Assembly: GCA_022784645.1 (NCBI GenBank)
Contig: JALFZG010000010.1
Location: 43 to 64,042 of the forward strand
Direction of reading: 5' to 3'
Origin: Bacteroidales bacterium
Lineage (GTDB): Bacteria; Bacteroidota; Bacteroidia; Bacteroidales; Paludibacteraceae
DNA: 64,000 bases
How positions within the stretch are numbered: position 1 is the stretch's first letter; every line of letters begins with the position of its first letter. Below, piece after piece: positions 55,911-64,000 of the stretch. The position numbers were made by a program, and so were the translations under genes. The notes under the pieces are model-generated. The model ran no database searches. It saw only the letters and a program-made list of their open reading frames with translations, and was not told the DNA's origin.

Positions 55911-56129
55911 ATGGAATCTGAAGAAGTTTTGAAGAGTTTGGGCTTGCGCATTCGCTCGTTGCGCAAAGAGCGTGGTCTTACTCAGATCGAGTTGGCTTAC
56001 CGCTGCAACATGGAGCCTTCTAACCTCAATCGTATTGAAGCTGGTCGTACGAATCCTACTGTTCGTTCGCTCACTTTGGTAGCTAACGGCCTCGGTCTGA
56101 AACTCGTTAATCTGTTTGAGGGTTTATAA
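55911..56129 (+). CDS. XRE (Cro/C1) family HTH regulator, 72 aa, paralog of 16742-16975
   Basis: LRIRSLRKERGLTQIELAYRCNMEPSNLNRIEAGRTNPTVRSLTLVANGLGL aligns closely with the other XRE protein. The start was trimmed from the ORF-track value of 55713. Confidence 0.8.
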   Translation: MESEEVLKSLGLRIRSLRKERGLTQIELAYRCNMEPSNLNRIEAGRTNPTVRSLTLVANGLGLKLVNLFEGL

Positions 56130-56317
56130 GTAATAATTTCCCGTAAAAAACTGTAAATAGTCAGCCTTGCCATTTTGGCAGGGCTGATTGTTTTTTTGTA
56201 GCGATTTTTATGCTGCAATTTTTCTGTTGCTTCTGATTGCTCATTTTGAGGCAATTTTTCTGCTAAAAATCCCGCTGTTTGCTCATTTTTTTCCCTTTTT
56301 TCTCCTATTTTTCCCCT

Positions 56318-56440
56318 CCGTTTCCCCTCCGTTCATCCCCCGTTTATCGTCCGTTCATCTAGCTTGTATCTAGCTTGTATCTAGCTTGTATCTAGCTTGT
56401 TTGCAAGCACGATGAAAGCTAGATGCAAGCTAGATGAACG
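56318..56440. repeat. Composite 11-mer repeat element, copy B
   Basis: CCGTTTCCCCT, CCGTTCATCCC, CCGTTTATCGT, CCGTTCAT, (CTAGCTTGTAT)x3, CTAGCTTGTTT, then inverted 11-mers CAAGCACGATG, AAAGCTAGATG, CAAGCTAGATG, and AACG. It has the same order and orientation as copy A. Confidence 0.9.
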
Positions 56441-56611
56441 TACAATCCGTTGAGAATGAGTGGACAAAGTACGATAATCCTGCGTTTTTTTGTCGCAAAA
56501 AGCAAATTGGCTCCCACCTTTTTGAGTGAGAGCCAATGTTGAAATTGTAATTTTCGAAAAAATGGGAGAAAATTGTTTTTTTTAGGTGTGTGTGAGCTTT
56601 TTGGGCATCAA

Positions 56612-58435
56612 TTAACGAAACCACTGCTTTACGGGAATGTCAAGACCGGCTCCGCGCATGTAGTTTTCGGTAGCTAATTGCAGTCCGCGTCCGAAGCGAT
56701 TCCAGTCGGGGGCATTTTTGCAGGTGAAGCCGATTTCGTTGTTGGCGAAAGGTGCTGATTCTGAGGAAGTCCACTTGCAATCGAATCGCTCGGGGTGTTG
56801 CCCGCTCTCCGAATGGCAAGTCATGGCATAGCGATGCCAAAAGGCGGATTGAATGAGCCCTTCTTTAAACAGCAGTCTGACCGTGTTGAGACTCTCCATC
56901 AGCTCGGCTTCGGTTTCGGTGGGGAAGCCGTACATGAGGTAGGCGTGCACCATGATGTGATTGTCTCGGAAATGGCGGAGAGTCTGTTTCAGCGAATCAA
57001 TACTTACCCCTTTGTTGATGCGTTTCAATACGCGGTCGGATGCCACCTCGATTCCTCCGCTCACGGCAATACAGCCCGCTTGATGCATCAGATAGCATAT
57101 TTCGTTTGAATAAAAGGATTCAAAACGGATATTGCCCCACCAGGAGTAGGTGCGTTTTCTCGCGAGCAGTTCCTCTGACAGTTGCCTGACGATGGCAGGC
57201 GGCATGGCTTCGTCCGTAAAATGAAAACCACTTTCGCCCGATTGCGCAAAAAGGCCGTCCATTCGGTCGGCAATCTCAGTTGCTGGGGCGGAATCAAAAC
57301 GTCCGATATAGTCGAGTGTGGTGTCGCAGAAAGTGCATTTTGCCCAATAGCAACCATGCGCCATCATCAGTTTATTCCATCTGCCATTACTCCATAAGCG
57401 TTGCATGGGATTGGCTGCATCGGCTGTGTCAAGATACCAATCTAAATGCAGCCCGTCCAAACAAGGTGTGCCGATTTCGCGGAAGGGAATATTATCTTGT
57501 TTGGCTAACAGTTTATTTTCTGCGCTTTCCCATCCAAGCCGCATCAGTTGCCCATCCTCGTTGAGCCGAATGGTGCGAACGGGAGCTGCATCCGTAAGCA
57601 ATCGAAGAAGCGGCAGTTCGCCATCATCATATAGCAGGTTGTCTATATAGCTAAATAGTTGTGTATCAGCAATTTGCCGCAGTTCGGTATTTACGTAACC
57701 GCCTCCCATCAAAATGCGGATTTTGGGGTAGTTCGCTTTGATAAATTGGGCGCAACGAAGGGCCGCATACAGGTTACCGGGGAAGGGCACAGAGAAGCCG
57801 ATATGCGTAAGATTCGGCAGCTCGTTTATCCTTTTCTCAAGCAACTGAAGCATCCATTGGTCGATGCAATTGGGAGCCTCGCTGAGCGCCTCATAGAGGG
57901 GGGCTGCATTGGGGAGCGACATGCACAATTTCTCTGCATATCTGACCATCTCAAAATGCGGACTGACTGTCTCCTGAATCACACGCCCTATTTCCTCAAG
58001 GAAATACGTGCAGAAAAACTGCGCCCGATTATAGCTGCCCGCACTTCCGTAATCCCAATCGAGATCTTCTTCTGATGGCAGTCGGTTGGCATTTGGCCAA
58101 AACGTGCGGTCAGCAAACCGATTTTGCAGGCTGAGATCTTTGCCTCGCAAAAACCGACTTACGGGCTCTACCCATTGCTCAAAAAACGACCGATTACTGA
58201 CGGCAATTCGGGCTGCTTTGCTTAGCTTTTTGCCTTGCAAATGCAACGCCTCTGCCTGGTTGAAAATCTGCCGAAGTGAATCAGCTTGAAGGATATGATG
58301 AATGAGTTCAATACTGAGATCTTGCTGTTCGGCTTGAATGCCCTGCTTGCGCAGAAAACCGCACAGTTGTGCGGTAGCGGGATAAGCACAATTGAGTTGC
58401 GTCAGAGGGGGTGTGATAAGAAGAATTGTATTCAT
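56612..58435 (-). CDS. Radical SAM superfamily protein with an N-terminal B12-binding-like domain
   Basis: Cys triad in HGCYWAKCTFCD and downstream radical SAM core elements (GFHFTDEAM, VSGGIEVAS). Start set at MNTILLITPP (58435), 8 nt from a -7 box. The ORF-track start at 58507 would run through promoter-like A/T sequence. Confidence 0.7.
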   Translation of the reverse strand: MNTILLITPPLTQLNCAYPATAQLCGFLRKQGIQAEQQDLSIELIHHILQADSLRQIFNQAEALHLQGKKLSKAARIAVSNRSFFEQWVEPVSRFLRGKDLSLQNRFADRTFWPNANRLPSEEDLDWDYGSAGSYNRAQFFCTYFLEEIGRVIQETVSPHFEMVRYAEKLCMSLPNAAPLYEALSEAPNCIDQWMLQLLEKRINELPNLTHIGFSVPFPGNLYAALRCAQFIKANYPKIRILMGGGYVNTELRQIADTQLFSYIDNLLYDDGELPLLRLLTDAAPVRTIRLNEDGQLMRLGWESAENKLLAKQDNIPFREIGTPCLDGLHLDWYLDTADAANPMQRLWSNGRWNKLMMAHGCYWAKCTFCDTTLDYIGRFDSAPATEIADRMDGLFAQSGESGFHFTDEAMPPAIVRQLSEELLARKRTYSWWGNIRFESFYSNEICYLMHQAGCIAVSGGIEVASDRVLKRINKGVSIDSLKQTLRHFRDNHIMVHAYLMYGFPTETEAELMESLNTVRLLFKEGLIQSAFWHRYAMTCHSESGQHPERFDCKWTSSESAPFANNEIGFTCKNAPDWNRFGRGLQLATENYMRGAGLDIPVKQWFR

Positions 58436-58443
58436 AAGCACGG

Positions 58444-58451
58444 CAAAAGTA
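58444..58451 (-). promoter_or_regulatory. -7 promoter box for the radical SAM gene
   Basis: CAAAAGTA on the plus strand is TACTTTTG on the minus strand. Confidence 0.45.
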
Positions 58452-58524
58452 CAAAAAAAAATCGAAATAAGCAAATTATTGTCGATTGTTGTGCTTTTTT
58501 TTTGCATATTTCGATTTTTTTTTG

Positions 58525-58532
58525 TAATTTTG
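58525..58532 (+). promoter_or_regulatory. -7 promoter box for rlmB
   Basis: TAATTTTG lies 23 nt upstream of the first ATG at 58555. Confidence 0.55.
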
Positions 58533-58554
58533 CGGCCAATATTTATAACATGCT

Positions 58555-59391
58555 ATGTATTTCAAACAAAAAAATAACGAACAGCGTCAGCGTACGCAAC
58601 ATTTTTCGATGCGCGGAGAGAAACCCTCGCCACGCGATTACGAAACCCGTCGACCGAAGGAGAAAGAAATGATTTTTGGCATTCGAGCCGTGATTGAAGC
58701 GCTTGATGCAGGCAAAACCTTGGATAAGATTATGCTCCGCCGAGATATGTCTTCGTCTTTGGCTCGAGAATTGATGGAGAAGCTCGAAGGCATCCCTACG
58801 CCCGTGCAGAAAGTGCCGGTGGAAAAACTGAATCAGTTTACTGATAAGAATCATCAGGGTGTGATTGCTTTCCTTTCGCCCATTGAATTTACGCCTATAG
58901 AGAATCTGCTTCCGATGCTTTTTGAGGAGGGCAAAACACCTTTCCTTGTGGTGCTGGATGGTGTAACCGATGTCAGAAATTTTGGCGCAATAGCCCGCAC
59001 ATGTGCTTGCGCAGGTGTCGATGCTATTATTGTGCCTCAGCGCGGAGGTGCCGCCATCAATGGTGATGCGATTAAGACGTCTGCTGGCGCGCTCCACTCG
59101 TTGCCCGTTTGCAAGGTGGAGAATATGCAAGATGCGCTCCGCTACCTGCGCGATTCGGGCGTGAAATTGGTAGCCGCTACCGAGCATGCTACGAAGCTCT
59201 ATACGGAGGCTGATTTTTCGGGGCCGGTAGCTATCTTGATGGGGTCAGAGGACGTTGGCATTCATCCTGCCAATCTCGACCTCTGCGATACCCGCGTGAA
59301 ACTGCCGATGGCCGGTACGATTGAGTCGCTCAACGTTTCCGTGGCGGCCGGAATCTTCCTTTACGAAGTGATTCGTCAGCGTTCGCTTTAA
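58555..59391 (+). CDS. rlmB: 23S rRNA (guanosine-2'-O)-methyltransferase RlmB-like (SpoU/TrmH family)
   Basis: SpoU substrate-binding domain (IFGIRAVIEALDAGKT) and SpoU methylase motifs (LDGVTDVRNFGAIARTC, GSEDVGI, ESLNVSVAAGI). The start is uncertain (58555, 58609 or 58669). Confidence 0.85.
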   Translation: MYFKQKNNEQRQRTQHFSMRGEKPSPRDYETRRPKEKEMIFGIRAVIEALDAGKTLDKIMLRRDMSSSLARELMEKLEGIPTPVQKVPVEKLNQFTDKNHQGVIAFLSPIEFTPIENLLPMLFEEGKTPFLVVLDGVTDVRNFGAIARTCACAGVDAIIVPQRGGAAINGDAIKTSAGALHSLPVCKVENMQDALRYLRDSGVKLVAATEHATKLYTEADFSGPVAILMGSEDVGIHPANLDLCDTRVKLPMAGTIESLNVSVAAGIFLYEVIRQRSL

Positions 59392-59532
59392 TAAGCGGCC
59401 GGATGGCAAAAGATGAGGTTCTGCTTCGTTTGATAAAGCGGCCGGATGGCAAAAATATGGCTTCGGTTCGTTTGAAAAAACGGCCGGATGATTGAATTTA
59501 GTAATTTAAAATTGCCCTTTGTGGTAAAAAAT

Positions 59533-60480
59533 ATGGCATTTTTCGGATTATTTAAAAAAGAAAAGAAAGAGACGCTCGATAAGGGGCTTGAGAAATCTAA
59601 GGAGAGTGTACTCTCCAAAATCTCGCATGCAATCATTGGCAAATCTACGGTAGATGATGATGTGCTCGATAACCTTGAGGAGGCGCTGATAACCAGTGAT
59701 GTAGGCGTTGAAACGACACTCCGTATCATAGAGCGTATTCAAGAGCGCGTAAAGCGCGATAAGTATGTGGGAACGGACGAACTTAACCGGATTCTTCGTG
59801 AAGAAACGGCTGAACTCTTGCAGGAGAATAACCCGGAGACGCAGCCCGATTTCGATGCTCCGCTCCCATGCAAACCATATGTGGTGATGGTGGTGGGCGT
59901 GAATGGCGTTGGTAAGACCACGACCATTGGCAAATTGGCTTATCAATATAAGGCGGCAGGCAAGAAAGTGATGCTCGGAGCAGCCGACACCTTCCGTGCT
60001 GCAGCCGTGGAGCAGCTCTGTATTTGGGGCGAACGAGTAGGGGTGCCTGTTGTAAAACAACAGCAAGGCTCTGATCCTGCTTCGGTGGCGTTTGACACCT
60101 TGCAGTCTGCCGTAAAAAACGATATCGATGTGGTGCTGATTGATACGGCTGGTCGTCTGCACAATAAGATCAATCTGATGAACGAGCTTACGAAGATTCG
60201 CAATGTGATGCAGAAGGTGGTGCCTACTGCTCCTAACGATGTGATGCTTGTGTTGGATGGCTCTACCGGCCAGAATGCGTTTGAACAAGCGAAGCAGTTC
60301 ACCCGCGCTACGCAAGTGAGCTCGCTCGCTGTAACCAAGCTGGATGGAACAGCTAAGGGTGGTGTAGTGATTGGTATTTCTGACCAATTCAAGATTCCTG
60401 TACGCTATATCGGTTTGGGCGAACAGATGACGGATTTGCAGGTGTTTGACCGTGAAGAATTCGTGAAATCGCTTCTGTAA
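59533..60480 (+). CDS. ftsY: Signal recognition particle receptor FtsY
   Basis: NG domain motifs GVNGVGKTTTIGKLA, DTAGRL and TKLDGTAKGG. Start set at MAFFGLFKK (59533). Confidence 0.95.
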   Translation: MAFFGLFKKEKKETLDKGLEKSKESVLSKISHAIIGKSTVDDDVLDNLEEALITSDVGVETTLRIIERIQERVKRDKYVGTDELNRILREETAELLQENNPETQPDFDAPLPCKPYVVMVVGVNGVGKTTTIGKLAYQYKAAGKKVMLGAADTFRAAAVEQLCIWGERVGVPVVKQQQGSDPASVAFDTLQSAVKNDIDVVLIDTAGRLHNKINLMNELTKIRNVMQKVVPTAPNDVMLVLDGSTGQNAFEQAKQFTRATQVSSLAVTKLDGTAKGGVVIGISDQFKIPVRYIGLGEQMTDLQVFDREEFVKSLL

Positions 60481-60526
60481 GGGGCTGCGAGCTGCTTCAG
60501 TGGTGTTTGAATAATTCGCTTGTTCC

Positions 60527-61384
60527 TTATCGCCTGAACTCCGCGAGGATGATGGCCGTAGCAATGCCTACGTTCAGGCTTTCGCTTGTGGGGCGCTCTG
60601 CCGGAAATGAAGGAATATAGAGCGGATGCGTGATGAGGCTTCGGATGGCCGAACTGATGCCATTCCCCTCATTGCCCATGATGATGATGCCGCGTTGTTT
60701 GCTCGGAATAGCATCAGGAGAATACATGTTTTTTCCGTCCAATAAGGTGCCGTAAATGGGGTAATTGTTGCCGTCTTGGTTGGATTGCAATACGTTCAGA
60801 ATGAACGAGTAGAGATTTATATAATGAACGTGTACGCGCGCGAGGGCGCCCATGGTGGCTTGTACGACTTTCGGATTCCAGCAATCGACGGTATCTTGCG
60901 AGCAAATGATTTCTTCAATGCCGAACCAGTCTGCCGTGCGGATGATCGTACCGAGATTGCCCGGGTCTTGAACCCCATCAAGGGCCAGTATTAGACTGGA
61001 TGCTTTAGTCGCTTCTTGCGAGATGGGCATTTTGAATGACGCATTCAAATCAGCCAATTCTGGCATCTTGAATGCTGCATTCAAATCAGCCAATTCTGGC
61101 ATCTTGAACGCTGCATTCAAATCTACCATAGTTGGCATTTTGAATACTGCTACTACACCCTGAGGATGACGAAGTTGCGACATTTGCTGGATTTCCATTT
61201 CGGTGGCTTCCAACGTATGGATGCCCGATAAAGGAGAGGAACTGGCTATCAGAAAAGGCTCAAACGATTGGAGCAATTCTCTTACGCATTTTTCTCCCTC
61301 AGCGAGAAACAACTGTTCGGAATCGCGCACTTTTTTCTGGCTCAAGCTGCGAATAAATTTGATTTGATTTTTGGATATTCTCAT
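60527..61384 (-). CDS. TrmH/SpoU family RNA 2'-O-methyltransferase with an internal 12-aa tandem repeat insertion
   Basis: N-terminal L30e-like domain and SpoU motifs (LDGVQDPGNLGTIIRTA, GNEGNGIS, ESLNVGIATAI). There are four xFKMPxxxDLNA units between the domains. Confidence 0.85.
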   Translation of the reverse strand: MRISKNQIKFIRSLSQKKVRDSEQLFLAEGEKCVRELLQSFEPFLIASSSPLSGIHTLEATEMEIQQMSQLRHPQGVVAVFKMPTMVDLNAAFKMPELADLNAAFKMPELADLNASFKMPISQEATKASSLILALDGVQDPGNLGTIIRTADWFGIEEIICSQDTVDCWNPKVVQATMGALARVHVHYINLYSFILNVLQSNQDGNNYPIYGTLLDGKNMYSPDAIPSKQRGIIIMGNEGNGISSAIRSLITHPLYIPSFPAERPTSESLNVGIATAIILAEFRR

Positions 61385-61426
61385 ATTAAAACATTAAGAA
61401 AACCACATCTGCTGCTGTTTTTTGTG

Positions 61427-61434
61427 CAAAAGTA
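61427..61434 (-). promoter_or_regulatory. -7 promoter box for the TrmH-family gene
   Basis: CAAAAGTA on the plus strand is TACTTTTG on the minus strand, about 43 nt upstream of the ATG. Confidence 0.5.
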
Positions 61435-61466
61435 CTAAAAAATTTGGATATGTGCAAAAAAAAACG

Positions 61467-61474
61467 TAATTTTG
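61467..61474 (+). promoter_or_regulatory. -7 promoter box for the BamA/TamA-like gene
   Basis: TAATTTTG lies about 25 nt upstream of the ATG at 61499. Confidence 0.55.
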
Positions 61475-61498
61475 CAAGCAAAAATAGATTAAAAAACA

Positions 61499-63802
61499 AT
61501 GCGTAGGCATATTCACCTCATATTATTCGGTTTGTTGGTGCTGCTTTCTTCGTGCAGTACTACCAAATTTGTGCCGCAAGATAAGTATCTCTTGCGGAAG
61601 ATGCGGGTGAAGGTGGAAACGCCCCAAGATGACAAAAAAAACAAAGAAAAGGCCGATGAAGCGAAGAATAAAGACAGAAATGGCGATTATACTTCAGAAG
61701 CGTTGGCGGATAAGATGGCGAATTATGTAAGGCAGAAGCAGAATTCGGAGATTTTTGGCTTTTGGCCGCTGCAGTTGCAGGTGTATTCTTCTGCCGGCCG
61801 CGACACGACCAAGTGGATCAATCGGCAGATGATGAAGATGGGCGAAGCGCCCGAGATTTTTGACCCCTCGCTTGCTGATGCTTCTATGGTGGAAATCAAG
61901 AAAGCGATGTTCAATAAAGGCTATTTTAATGCCTTAGTAGATACCACTATGCGCATCAAAAAGCAGAAGTTGTATCTTACTTACCATATCACCTCGCGCG
62001 AGCCGTATTATATCCGCAGTTATGCCGTTCGGCTGGATCAGCCCGTGCTCCAGCGGATTGCCAAAAGTGAGAAGACAACGCTTGTGCATGAGGGGATGCA
62101 GTTTGACTCGGAAGTGCTCGATGAGGAACGTGACCGCATCACTCGAGCCATGCGTGCTATGGGCTATTATTATTTTGAAAAAGACTATCTTCATTACGAA
62201 GCCGATTCTGCCAATAATTCGCATGAAGTAGTGCTCTCGCTCCGTTTGCAAGACTATGTAGCGAATGCGCCTGATAGCCTGCGCGAACGTCTGTTTACGC
62301 GGTTCTTCATCCGAAAAGTGCATTTTTATTCCGATTACGACCCTTCGCAACGTCCTGATGGACTGAGCGTTACAACTGTTGAAAAGGATGGTTATACGTT
62401 TTCTTTCTGCGGAAAGAAACTAATTCGCGATCGCGTGCTTCGTCGTATCTGCCCCATTCGTCCGGGCAGTTATTACAACGCTTTGCGCGTGGAGAAGGCT
62501 TACTCAGAACTTAATGCGCTTGCCCCTGTAAAATTCGTGGATATCGCGTTTGAGGAGGTGGCAGGCGATTCGCTGGATTGCCATATCGTGATTTCTCGAT
62601 CCAAACTCAATTCCATTTCGGCGGAGATTGAAGGTACATATTCCGCCGGCGACTGGGGCATTTCTGCCGGAGCAGGATATTCTAATCGTAATTTTTTCAA
62701 GGGTGCCGAAGAGTTTAATATTAACGGTGCTTTCTCATACGAATGGCGTCGATTGGGAGGCCGTGCGATTGAAGCAAAAGCCGAGGCTAGCATTCGTTTT
62801 CCGAATGCTCCAAAGGTGTCAGTAGGTTATAAATTTCAGAATCGACCGGATGAGTTTACGCGTACAGTCGCCAATGCTTCGTTGTCGTATAATCTGCAAC
62901 CGTTTGGCCGACAGCTGAGTCATACTTTTCATTTCTTTGACTTATCGTATGTGTATCTGCCATGGATTTCTGATGCGTTTAGAAACCAATTCCTTCAGCC
63001 CTCCAACCTCTTGCGGTATTCGTATGAAGACCACTTCATCTTAGACTGGAGCTATGGCGGACGATGGTCGAACTACCGAAAGCGCTATCCCTATCGCTCG
63101 TATGGCACGTTCTCCTATCAGGTGGAAACGGCAGGCAACCTGCTGTATGGCATCTCGCATCTGTTTAAGCAGCAGCCCGATGAAGATGGATCGTTTAAGA
63201 TTTTCAATATTCGCTATTCGCAATACGTAAAAGGCGATTTTGATTTTACGGGACATCATATCCTCTCGCCCAAGCATCGAATTGTATATCATGGTAGCAT
63301 AGGTATTGCTGTGCCGTATGGCAATGCTTCGTCTATTCCGTTTGAAAAACGTTATTTTGCAGGCGGTGCCAACTCTGTTCGAGGCTGGACGGCTCGTACG
63401 CTTGGTCCGGGTGGCTATCATGGTGCAGATGGCACGATTGCTTACAATAATCAAGTGGGCGATATCAAATTGGACCTCAATATCGAATATCGTTGGAAAG
63501 TATGGTCGATTCTCGAATTGGCGGCTTTCACCGATGCAGGAAACGTATGGACTATCCGCGATTATCCTACCCAGCAGTGGGGCGTATTTAAGTTTGATGA
63601 GTTTTATAAGCAAATAGCTTGGTCGTATGGCGTGGGTGTGCGTTTGGACTTCTCATTTTTCGTCTTCCGTGTGGATTTTGGTGTAAAACTGTATGATCCT
63701 TCGCGGTTGTATATCGATGGAACGCAATGGCGCACAGTGCCGAATGGGCTGTGTTGGAAAGACGATATGACGTTTCATTTTGCCATCGGTTATCCGTTTT
63801 AA
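61499..63802 (+). CDS. Omp85 (BamA/TamA) family outer-membrane protein with a lipoprotein-type signal
   Basis: LLSSC lipobox, POTRA-like repeats, and a surface-antigen (D15) barrel ending FHFAIGYPF. 767 aa. Confidence 0.85.
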   Translation: MRRHIHLILFGLLVLLSSCSTTKFVPQDKYLLRKMRVKVETPQDDKKNKEKADEAKNKDRNGDYTSEALADKMANYVRQKQNSEIFGFWPLQLQVYSSAGRDTTKWINRQMMKMGEAPEIFDPSLADASMVEIKKAMFNKGYFNALVDTTMRIKKQKLYLTYHITSREPYYIRSYAVRLDQPVLQRIAKSEKTTLVHEGMQFDSEVLDEERDRITRAMRAMGYYYFEKDYLHYEADSANNSHEVVLSLRLQDYVANAPDSLRERLFTRFFIRKVHFYSDYDPSQRPDGLSVTTVEKDGYTFSFCGKKLIRDRVLRRICPIRPGSYYNALRVEKAYSELNALAPVKFVDIAFEEVAGDSLDCHIVISRSKLNSISAEIEGTYSAGDWGISAGAGYSNRNFFKGAEEFNINGAFSYEWRRLGGRAIEAKAEASIRFPNAPKVSVGYKFQNRPDEFTRTVANASLSYNLQPFGRQLSHTFHFFDLSYVYLPWISDAFRNQFLQPSNLLRYSYEDHFILDWSYGGRWSNYRKRYPYRSYGTFSYQVETAGNLLYGISHLFKQQPDEDGSFKIFNIRYSQYVKGDFDFTGHHILSPKHRIVYHGSIGIAVPYGNASSIPFEKRYFAGGANSVRGWTARTLGPGGYHGADGTIAYNNQVGDIKLDLNIEYRWKVWSILELAAFTDAGNVWTIRDYPTQQWGVFKFDEFYKQIAWSYGVGVRLDFSFFVFRVDFGVKLYDPSRLYIDGTQWRTVPNGLCWKDDMTFHFAIGYPF

Positions 63803-63838
63803 TGGCTGACAAACACGAGATTTGTAGTTTTTTCGGAT

Positions 63839-64000
63839 ATGTTGCGTCAATATATGATAAAAGGAGTGGTTGAAGCTGGCTGCGATGAGGCAGGCAGAGG
63901 TCCGCTTGCTGGCAGCGTGTTTGCTGCTGCGGTGATTCTGCCCCAGGATTTCAGTTGCGAATTGCTCAACGACTCGAAGCAACTCACGGAGAAACAGCGG
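63839..64000 (+). CDS. rnhB: Ribonuclease HII, 5' partial (runs off the window)
   Basis: [38 protein letters not shown]... carries the RNase HII catalytic DEAGRG motif. An alternative start is at 63854. Confidence 0.85.
   Translation, partial: MLRQYMIKGVVEAGCDEAGRGPLAGSVFAAAVILPQDFSCELLNDSKQLTEKQR

Noticed and set aside
1-64000. Prophage, IS element, integron or defence island anywhere in the window
   Set aside because: No integrase, transposase, phage structural, restriction-modification, toxin-antitoxin, cas or reverse-transcriptase-like ORF was recognised on either strand. The only mobility hints are the non-coding repeat structures reported as findings.

Overview
This 64 kb window looks like a chromosomal segment of a Bacteroidota (Bacteroidales-like) genome. 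Evidence for that: TAnnTTTG -7 promoter boxes sit in front of most transcription units, there is a SusC/SusD pair, several proteins carry T9SS-type C-terminal tails, and a PPi-dependent phosphofructokinase is present. Most of the content is core housekeeping: tyrS, ftsQ-ftsA-ftsZ, glyQS, lepA, korAB, rpsU, ispG, pfp, dnaK, trkHA, dxs, rlmB, ftsY, a BamA/TamA-like gene, rnhB, and three tRNAs (Gln-CTG, Asp-GTC, Leu-CAA). I saw no transposase, integrase, cas, reverse transcriptase or recognisable defence genes, and no clear novel multi-gene system. The unexplained features worth follow-up are: (1) a composite element present twice, built from phased 11-bp direct and inverted repeats; (2) repeated tandem duplication of 22-46 bp segments that include gene 3' ends and stop codons (GH3, lepA, trkH, rlmB, rpsU terminator), plus an in-frame 36-bp array inside a TrmH-family methyltransferase; (3) a nested repeat scar carrying a duplicated tRNA-Asp 3' end; (4) an A+T-rich regulator island holding membrane-embedded AraC-type proteins, a periplasmic-binding-domain/TM/AraC one-component sensor and a candidate ~200-nt sRNA; (5) tandem paralogous lipoprotein genes of unknown family; (6) a radical SAM protein with CX4CX2C spacing. 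The many long antisense ORFs are codon-aligned shadows of real genes and were rejected.
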